From Azolla caroliniana (taxonomy: Eukaryota; Plantae; Polypodiophyta): a stretch of DNA of 64,000 nt. The notes under the pieces are model-generated. The model saw only the letters and a list, made by a program, of their open reading frames with translations, was not told where the DNA came from and did not search any database. This document shows positions 55,100 through 64,000 of the stretch, piece after piece. Position 1 is the first letter of the stretch. Each line of letters starts with the position of its first letter. The position numbers were made by a program, and so were the translations under genes. Location: the NCBI GenBank assembly GCA_043228905.1, contig JBHGNT010000010.1:19468001-19532000 (forward strand), written 5' to 3'.

Positions 55100-56650
55100 C
55101 TTTCTCCTTATTTTCTTTTTCTTCTTATTCTCTTTCCAATTCAATATAGTTTTTGGCTTTACCTCATGACACTATTTACTTTAAGCTTGACCACATGATA
55201 TTCACCTAAATCCCAAAAAGTCTTATGTGATTGAGAGTTATTATCTTCTAATTTATTATTCATCCTGCACAATCTAGCTTGTTGATAATTATGTAATTGT
55301 AGCTCACCTAACGAGCTCATCAAAATGGCATCCAACATCTAACAAAAAAGTGTCCATGAACTCAAGCGCAATTTTCAACTTAATCATATACAATATATGA
55401 AATATAAATCAATATTTCATCGTGAAATAATATGCTCATACAGTGTACTGAATGATCACAACTTGCTTAACAATTGTAGCCATACATACTATCAACTCGT
55501 GTAATTTGAAGCTTTTCTCACCCAAGGCCGTAAGTAAATATTTGTATAAATATGTTGAATCAAGTCCTTGATGATATGACAACAAGTAATGGGTTTATAT
55601 ATTTTCCTTTTGGGTCCAATGGAGTAAAGGAAAGGCACTAAATTTAGTTATTCCAATCTCTTTTAAGGGTTACATCAAACTCATATGGATCACACATAAC
55701 ACATTTTTATCATACTAGAGTTATTTCTTCCAAGTCCATAACAAATATGATAGAAGCAATGAAGCCACTTTCACATTAAGTGTTTTCGTACATGTGGACT
55801 ATGTGTATGGTATGGAATTTGTGCATGTGAATGTTACAGACATTGATCGAATTCATAAAACGGGGACTGATGCATCGAAGATAGTTGTTACTCCTTTGCT
55901 TGAGTTCCTCCTTTATCTCATTAGAGACTGATGCATTGAAGATAGTTATTGCGCCATGCAATAAAGAAGCAAAAGGTAGGCACTCTATTAATGTCTAATG
56001 TATATGTAAAGATGCATTATGAGGATACATGTTATTTCCTACCACACAAGAAACTTCCTTTTCTCAAATGTAGCATACAACAATGTCATCCCCATTGTTT
56101 TGTACTTATTAAAGCACGCTAATAGATAAGCAATTAATAAGCATTTTACTGAAGTTCAATGATTAATACATTATGTGCTAGATCACATAGTAAATCATCA
56201 ACCTTACACACATTGTTCTTATCTGTTCACAATAAAGTGTTTTAACATGATGATGATATGGTGATAAATCTTGTGCACTTCAACCTCAAATTTTGGTGTC
56301 CATTATAAAAGTCTTCCTAGTTGTAGACTATATTTGCTCCTGTAACATGGGTTTCCAAAATATTGTAGAATTCTCTACAATACAAAGAGTGAAAAGATAA
56401 TAATGTCTTTATGTCACACATGTTGAAGATGTTTTCAACAGATAACGAATAGTATTTTGCATGCGATCTCCATTTCCACATGCAACATCTTCATAGATGA
56501 TCTCACAACTACCCCATGCATTTAACCAATAACAATGACGCTCTCATAAATGTGGAAACAACATGTTCAATAGATCATCAATACTGTAGTTTACACCCAA
56601 ATTTATTGGATTCATCATCACCGGTAACATTCTCTAAGATGATCTAATGG
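55100..56650 (-). mobile_element. Possible highly degenerate Mutator-like transposase remnant
   Basis: Only weak fragments (CCMWKWRSHA, YLLTALGEK) resembling MULE motifs; no ORF. Confidence 0.25.
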
Positions 56651-58357
56651 CGATCACAAATTTCATTCATCGACGAGTACTCTTGACAATAGAAGCAAAC
56701 GGATTTTCCTACCAAGAGTGTTGCGATGTCTGAACGAGCAAAACCAAACACATTCCTTCCTTATCAACAATGTCACGATGCCTAAAAATCAAGGGACTTG
56801 CTTGAGGAAAGCGACGAGAATCATCGCAGTAAACTTACACACATTTATGTTGTGATGACAATGTTATAGATGAAAGGAATTGGCCTTGTGGAGCACGCAG
56901 AGTTCTTTCAAAAGAGTGAATTAGCAGCTAGAAAAAAGAGGGATTATGGATGGACATGGAGATATTGCTTGCATGCACGGCCTGGATCGACAAAAAAAAA
57001 AACGGTCGATTGAAAACCACCCGATGAAAACCGGTCGACGAAAACCACCCGATGAAAACCGCTCGAATCGCTTACAAAGAAAAGAATGCCTAGAGAGTAT
57101 GTAGCCATGAAGCTTGGTTAAAAAAAAATGAAGAAGAAGAAGAAGAAGAAGAAGAAGAGAATGATATTTTTCAGCTATGTACATATGTATATATATGTAT
57201 GTATTTGTTTTTACTATTCTTATTTCCTCCTGCCTTTATTTTACATATTTTAACCCATACTGTTTTACCTCACGATTTTTGTAGTGGCGTTTAATAGGAA
57301 ATTACTTCTCAGGAATTTACACAAAAGAAATCTGAAGAAGAAGAAGAAGACGAGCTGGATACTGCCTGTCTCTCTGTCTACTCGATTATATATTCTGTTT
57401 GTGTCCCCCCCCTCCCTCTTTCTTCTCTATAGATCCATCGTTGCTTTGCATCGAATCCTCAACACTTCTCCAAAAAAAGGTATTTTATCCTCATCGATTC
57501 TGATATATCTCAAAGCTTCTTAAGGGCAATTCAAAATCACTAACACAACATGTATTAAGTCTTTTGATTTTCCCGTACTTCCCTTTTTGGGTTCTTGTTT
57601 TCTTTGTTTTTTTTTTCTCTTGCCTTTTGGGTTTTGTGCACCTATTAAAACCTGCTGTATTCCGATTTCATATAATAATAATAATCACAGAGTCCTCTGA
57701 TTTTCTTTCATGTTTACCTTTTGTCCTTAATTATTTGACTTTCATGTTTCTTACAACTATCACAATATGTTTTGATCTCTATTTTTTAGTTCTTAATTCG
57801 AGATCATTACATACCTGCATAAATATATAGCTTATATATGTATATATATACATACATCTATGTATGTATGTATATATATGTAATCACAGAGTGTTTTGAA
57901 TTCTTTTCGATGCTTAAGTTTTTCATTATTTATTTATCGGCTTTATATAACTACGAAAATATGTTTTAATCTAATTGTTTAGCTCATCATTCAGATAATT
58001 TCTATGATTTTCGTTAAATTTAAGCCTGATGCTGTTGTTAATAAACATTCTCGTTTGGCTCATTATTTTTGGTTGCAAACAAACTGGTTGTTTTTTCTTT
58101 GAAACGATTTCATTTTATATGTTAAAACTTGAGCCTTTATGGTACATTATCCGTTAATTATTTCTAGATTCAAGACCCATTTTATATGGTGTATTTTAGA
58201 TCCAAAGAACCCATTCACATGGTTGAAGTTGTGATAATATGATACAAAATTCAATTAATGATTTCTAGATTCAAGATTCATTTGTATATGGTAAAAACTT
58301 GTAAGGCTGAAACAAGTGTGTTACTATATGGTACAAATGTTCTGGTTTTCCAGTGTC

Positions 58358-58398
58358 ATGGATCAGTTAAGGCGTGGGAGATAATGGTGAAGATCTGA
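58358..58398 (+). promoter_or_regulatory. Two overlapping uORFs in the CBL 5' leader
   Basis: MDQLRRGR* (58358-58384) and MVKI* (58384-58398) lie between the acceptor at 58353 and the main ATG at 58409. Confidence 0.6.
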
Positions 58399-58408
58399 CT
58401 ATCTAATA

Positions 58409-59184
58409 ATGTTGCATTGTTTGGATGGAGTTAAGTTTCTGTGCTCTGCGGTTTTCGGTTGTTTGGACTCAAAGCCGTACTACTACACTCATGAAGATCC
58501 CGAGATAATAGCGAGCGAAACTGTTTGTATGCTCATCAATCCCAATACTAACTAATGTGAACCAGTGTGAATTAATATGGAGTAATGGAAATGTTAGTAT
58601 AAATTTTATATGAAATGACGGAAATATTCTCTGTGAACTAATTTAAATCAACAGTAAATGCTTGGCTCTTATTTCCTTTTCTTTTCCATCTCTGCTTCCT
58701 GATTCTTGTAAAGAGAATGATATTTGGTTTTCACCTAGGCGATCCAGGCTCAAGTCCTGCCAATGATCATATAATTATCTACCAATCAGATTCTATGCTA
58801 TGGAATAATATGCATTTCAACCCACTACTTCATTGTATAAAGAAATGTTTATAAAGTCGGTTAATCTTGTGAAGATGTCAGAGAAACTTTTTGTGCGAAA
58901 GTTTTACTATATAACATATTGTTAGAATTCATTTTCAATCAGAGGAAGTATTTAGCTTGCATACTAATGTAGTTATTGTGGCTGATCTAGTCATGACCTT
59001 ATATTGTTCGAAAGCAATATGTAGTATAGAAAACGATAAATGTGTGGCTGATATAGCCATGGCCTCATATTCTCGTTATCAATATGGAGTATAGAAAAGG
59101 ATAAATCTGTGGCTGTCTAGCTGGTTATGGTATTTGGGTGACTTTAGATTTTTTCTGGGAAACTAGTTAGGCAACCTAATAACT

Positions 59185-59215
<31 letters not shown>

Positions 59216-61820
59216 ATACACACGCGTATAATGTATGTGAAATAGTGTGAATTAATGCTTAGAAATAGTGTGAAAACTAATTTATATGAACTAATGAAAT
59301 GTCAAGTAATTTAAGGGAGGAATCAATGTGAAGTAATGGATGTAGAATGAACTGAAGTAATTTATTTGAACAAACTATGTTGTGCACCAATGTGAAACTT
59401 CAAGGTATTTCTAAAGGGGTTTTTTCACAGTTCCATGTGTAGAACTTTGAAGCAGCTGACGTTTCAAACTTTTTTTGTTTTTGGTAGTTACAGTAAGTGA
59501 AGTTGAGGCCCTTTATGAACTATTTAAGAAGATAAGTAGTGGTACCGATGATGGGATGATCCATAAGGTTAGTTGATAAAGAAATAGTAATAATACAATA
59601 AAAATTCTGAACTCTCAAATTACGCTATTGACCTTTTCGCTACGTGACTTAATGTGAAGGTTAATATCGAGTAATTTCAAATATTTTATTATATATATGT
59701 TTTCAAGCATGACTGTGTCATCACTATTTTTCAATCCTTGATTTCGTGCGAACAGGAAGAGTTCCAGTTAGCCCTTTTCAAAAACAACAAGAAACAGAGC
59801 TTATTTGCAGATCGAGTGAGTGTTATTAATATAATGCAGTAAATTGAGTTCAAAATTCGAAAAATACCTCGTTGATGAAACGACGTAGTATCCCATTTTT
59901 AGTAGTGTTTTTTCGCAATAAATTATAAAATGTTACTAATTTTTAATGCTATATTTCATGTTTTGTATATGCAATCTAGAGTTTCTATAATATAACAATG
60001 TACTACAGATAAAAATCTTTGTCATGTACACCATAACGTGCTTTCACCATGTTCTAATTTTGTCAATTGCAGAATTGTATGAAACATAGTTTTCTGAGTT
60101 GATCCATTAAGCCTTAAATAAATAAATAAATAAATAACTCATAATCATTTTCAGTAGATGAATATTGATTTCTTCTTGACAGCATTTCACTTTCTTTTCT
60201 TGTCCTTTGAGGACATTGCTAGCTCCTTATTCATGCATCTTGATTCTCCTTTTTTGATGTATTTTGTATGATCATCAGTTGATCTGATTGTGCATGGATA
60301 TATCTTTTGACAAATTTTAATCTTGTTTCAGGTATTTAATCTTTTTGACACTAAGAATAAAGGGGTATTAGGATTTGGGGAATTTGCTCGGCAATTATCC
60401 GTTTTCCATCCCAATGCTTCTCGTGAAGATAAAATTGATTGTATGTTTTGTTTATTTGTCTGAAGTAAACCTATTTTGGATCATAAATTACCACAATTAT
60501 TATTATTATAATTTATTGTTGGGCTATTAATTAATGATCAGTAAAATGAATCAGTCTTCTTGCTACTTTTATAGTTTCTTTTCAGCTATATGATCTTGAA
60601 CAACAGGGCTTTATTGAAAGAAAAGAGGTTAGTAGTTCTCTGTAAACAAAATGGGATTCCACATGGAAAAGCTATTTAGTTTCTAGATTCCAATTCGTGT
60701 CAATTATTATTGAAATAACGCAGGTTAAACGGATGGTAATGGCCACTCTTGCAGAGTCTGGCATGAACTTGTCCGATGATGCCATTGAGACTATTATTGA
60801 CAAGGTAAATGATTTGTTTTTGTGTTAATCCATTTTTGTTGTAATGTGTAATTCATTGTAACGAAGAATGTGCAACAGTCAACCATTTGTTTTTGCTTTT
60901 ACCATAGATTGAATTATAAAAAAATAGATTCTTAATCTCAAATAGGATGCTTAGCATTGATTCTAGAGATAAAACCAACGTATTAAAATGTGAGAATTCT
61001 CAAATGTTAAAGATTTAACTGATTAAAACATTATACGTATACTTGAAAGAAATTACAAAGGCAAGGCTCGAATTTCACCAAAAAACCTTGTTTAATGAGA
61101 ATATGTTGATAGATCATGCATAGAAAGTAATGACAGTATGCTAACTATCTTCAGAGTCGTTCACCATGTAATCTTTGTCATTGAGATCTTCGATACCCTT
61201 TGTCATGAGCATCTATCCAAAACACGATGGGTGTATATAAATAAAATACCACAGTCATCGTGTATCACAAAAAGTTCATGATATTTCAATGTCAATTGAT
61301 TTATTTGCATAAATTTATGTATAATTTTACGGATATAAGTTAGCTTGTTTAAGTTTACTCAATAACTATTAACAATATTGTCAAAGTTACCACATAGCAT
61401 GTGAGGTTATTAAATTTTTTTATAGAAGTTCAATAGGTCATATTTATATATGCCAATAAATATCATTTTGAAGTTCCAAACTCAAAAGACCTCGTTGGAA
61501 AGAAACCCATGCATTGTTATGCCAGACATTTGAAGAGGCGGATACAAAACTCGATGGGAAGATAGACAAAGATGAGTGGCGAAGCTTGGTTCTACAACAT
61601 CCTTCCCTTTTGAAGAACATGACACTTCAATATCTTAGGTAAGAATATAGTAGCTAAATGTCTTCAGATTTTGATCATGTTGCAATTTTATTTTATTTTT
61701 TATATTTTTTCTATTATAATGTTAAAAATTCATTACTATTGTTACTATTTTCTTGTTCCCAGAGACATCACAACAACATTTCCGAGCTTTGTGTTCCACT
61801 CTCAAGTCGAAGACGCTTGA
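58409..61820 (+). CDS. CBL: Calcineurin B-like calcium sensor, CBL2/3 (tonoplast) type, 223 aa
   Basis: Exons 58409-58526, 59488-59567, 59756-59815, 60332-60440, 60575-60627, 60724-60804, 61526-61638, 61763-61820 (672 nt). N-terminus [18 protein letters not shown] has Cys4/12/18; four EF hands; C-terminal FPSF motif. Confidence 0.95.
58717..58766 (+). pseudogene. Degenerate tRNA-Glu(TTC)-like 3' fragment in a CBL intron
   Basis: GATATTTGGTTTTCACCTAGGCGATCCAGGCTCAAGTCCTGCCAATG resembles the anticodon and T arms of plant tRNA-Glu, with C>T and G>A decay. Confidence 0.55.
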
Positions 61821-63131
61821 AAAGGAGAACAAATTTCTTCGAGCTTTGGTTTGCCATATGTCATGAAATACAACGTTTCTGCGTTTTGTATTACACTCTA
61901 GTAAAAGATGCTTGAGAAGGAGAACAGATTTCTTCGGGCTTCGATTTTCCATATTTCATGAAATTCTTCATTTTTTTCTCCATTGCAAGGCCAGTACATA
62001 ATCATTTGTATCTTGACATTATTTCGGCATATTCCAATATTCGTTATTTCTCGTGGGATTTGATTTTATTCATTATTCCCTCTCTTTGTGATAAAAAAGG
62101 ACTTTTTAATGGGACATTTTCCTAAAATTTAGGTGCAATGTTGTTAAGTCATTTTGATTTTTGCCTTGGAAAGGAAAAACAAAAGCCTTCTCATATCAAG
62201 CCAAATGTAATGGTTTAATTTTTTGACATTCTAATTGGTTTTCATACATCGTGACTTAAGTGAGTGCAAAATTGACAGAGTGATGAAAACATGCTGAAGC
62301 CTAGTTTCTAATGATAATAATGAGTGTACACCCTTTAATCAAGAAAATGTATCTTGAATTGGGGATACAACCAAAAATCTGAAACTCAGTTACATGGAAA
62401 AAATCTTGTATGGAATTGTGGATAGCAGCTGCTTATAATCACAATGTTGTGGTTTTCCATTTGTATTTGTGATTGTAATAAAAAGGCTTTTGACTCGTAT
62501 CATATTTGAATGGAGACCTGGTAATTTACTCAGCTTTGACGAATCTCTTATGTATCTCTATGCAAAGTCTTGGCGGATGCAATGCTTATAAGAAATTGAT
62601 TGTTCTTTGCTTGCCTGTAGGAAATAGTTTCGCTTTATGCAAGGCTGGTTTCTATACCAATCTCTTTAAATGATGAACCATGTTGACATAATGACACTGT
62701 ACTTCGAAAGAAAGGATTCACTTTTTGGTTTACAGCTTTCTACGATTGCATATATTGGTTCAGATGTGGAAAGTAAAAAAGCAACAGAATTGAAGAATTG
62801 CAGTGTTATGCATCACAAAAATGAGGATCAAGCTTGTGAAGTAGTTTCATTTTAGCCTTCAGTTGATGTCTATGTGTAGTAGCTTTTTTGTGGGGAGCTG
62901 CACAAAAGGAAGCAATTTTGAACCCATTGTATTAGTTAAAAGTATATACATATTTGGATTCCAAATGTTAGAAACTTGGAGCCCACTATAATTAGTTAAA
63001 ACCATACATCCATATTTGGATCACAAATGATGTCAAAGCCAACTATAATAGTTAAAAGTGTGTATAACGTTTGGTGGTTCATTTTGAGTAATTATAATAG
63101 AAAAAATTAGAAAGATTAAGCATATCATTGA

Positions 63132-63212
63132 GACAGTTTGGCCGAGTGGTTAAGGCGTTTGACTCGAAATCAAATGGGTTCGCCCTCGCAGGTTCGAATC
63201 CTGCAGCTGTCG
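63132..63212 (+). tRNA. trnS-CGA: tRNA-Ser(CGA)
   Basis: Acceptor GACAGTT/AGCTGTC, anticodon arm TTTGA-CTCGAAA-TCAAA, variable arm GGG-TTCG-CCC, T arm GCAGG-TTCGAAT-CCTGC, discriminator G. Confidence 0.95.
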
Positions 63213-63558
63213 ATCAAACTTTTCCTTTACTTATTAACTATTAAATGCAATCAGGATCTTTCCTTTTAATTGTTTAATGCGATGAAAAATGTTTCTTTCT
63301 TCCCAAGTTTAAAAAAGAAGAAGAAACTCTTAATGGAATGAAATCTTTGTGCCAATGCCTTTCATTGAATATGCTTTTCGGAAGCTTTTCGAATGGAAAG
63401 TTTGACAAAGTTAAAACATTGAATATGCGTTTCAATGGTTGATAAATATAATGAGTTTCCAATGTAGGTTAAAACATTGAATCTTGTCTTCAATGGTTAT
63501 GATGAGCTTTCAATCCGAAGGTAACATGAGGTAGGTAGCTTTAGGGTCACGTTATAGT

Positions 63559-63746
63559 CAAATCATAATTCAAATTTTGCATAATTAACTTAAACATGTT
63601 TTACTTTAGGCTCAAAATTACATGTGTAATGAAATTACAAATTCAAGGCATCAACAAATCATAATTCAAATTTTGCATAATTAACTTAAACATGTTTTAC
63701 TTTAGGCTCAAAATTACATGTGTAATGAAATTACAAATTCAAGGCA
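63559..63746. repeat. Perfect 92-bp tandem duplication (period 96)
   Basis: 63559-63650 is identical to 63655-63746. Confidence 0.93.
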
Positions 63747-64000
63747 ATATGATGCCTTATGTTATATCAACCATTATGATTTGGGGAGTGTATATTTTTT
63801 GTTACATGTAACTAATTCATATAAGAAGGTCGTATTATATTATTGTTTCTCTCTTTTGGGCAATAAGGTTTGATTTTTCAAGAGTTGATTAAAAGTCAAA
63901 ATATAACATGGTTAGTTGTCATAGTAAACTTATAGATTCACATGGACTCTCTATTCTATGTATAAAGAAAAGTTTTTGAATGGCATATACAATTTATGTT

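Overview
AT-rich eukaryotic land-plant genomic DNA with GT-AG spliced genes; the divergence from angiosperm-type sequences suggests a non-seed plant such as a fern, which is inference only. I assembled five protein-coding genes by hand from splice sites, reading phase and family motifs. They are a 5'-partial TOM1-like VHS-GAT gene (+), an ERD4/OSCA3-type CSC1 channel (-), an SBT2-type subtilase (-), ATG5 (-) and a CBL2/3-type calcineurin B-like sensor (+). tRNA-Gly(GCC) and tRNA-Ser(CGA) genes are also present. Intergenic DNA holds three hAT-type MITEs (8-bp TSDs), a decayed, internally deleted Copia element (TSD AGTTA), two independent solo LTRs with their own TSDs, LINE remnants and many tandem repeats. 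I see no convincing new multi-gene system and no CRISPR array. The best leads are an Arg at the OSCA pore position normally held by Glu, a CBL EF1 loop one residue shorter than the family norm, a His-rich extension ahead of the subtilase signal segment, upstream AUGs/uORFs at ATG5 and CBL, and twin solo LTRs. Comparisons with reference proteins and tRNAs are from memory and need alignment.
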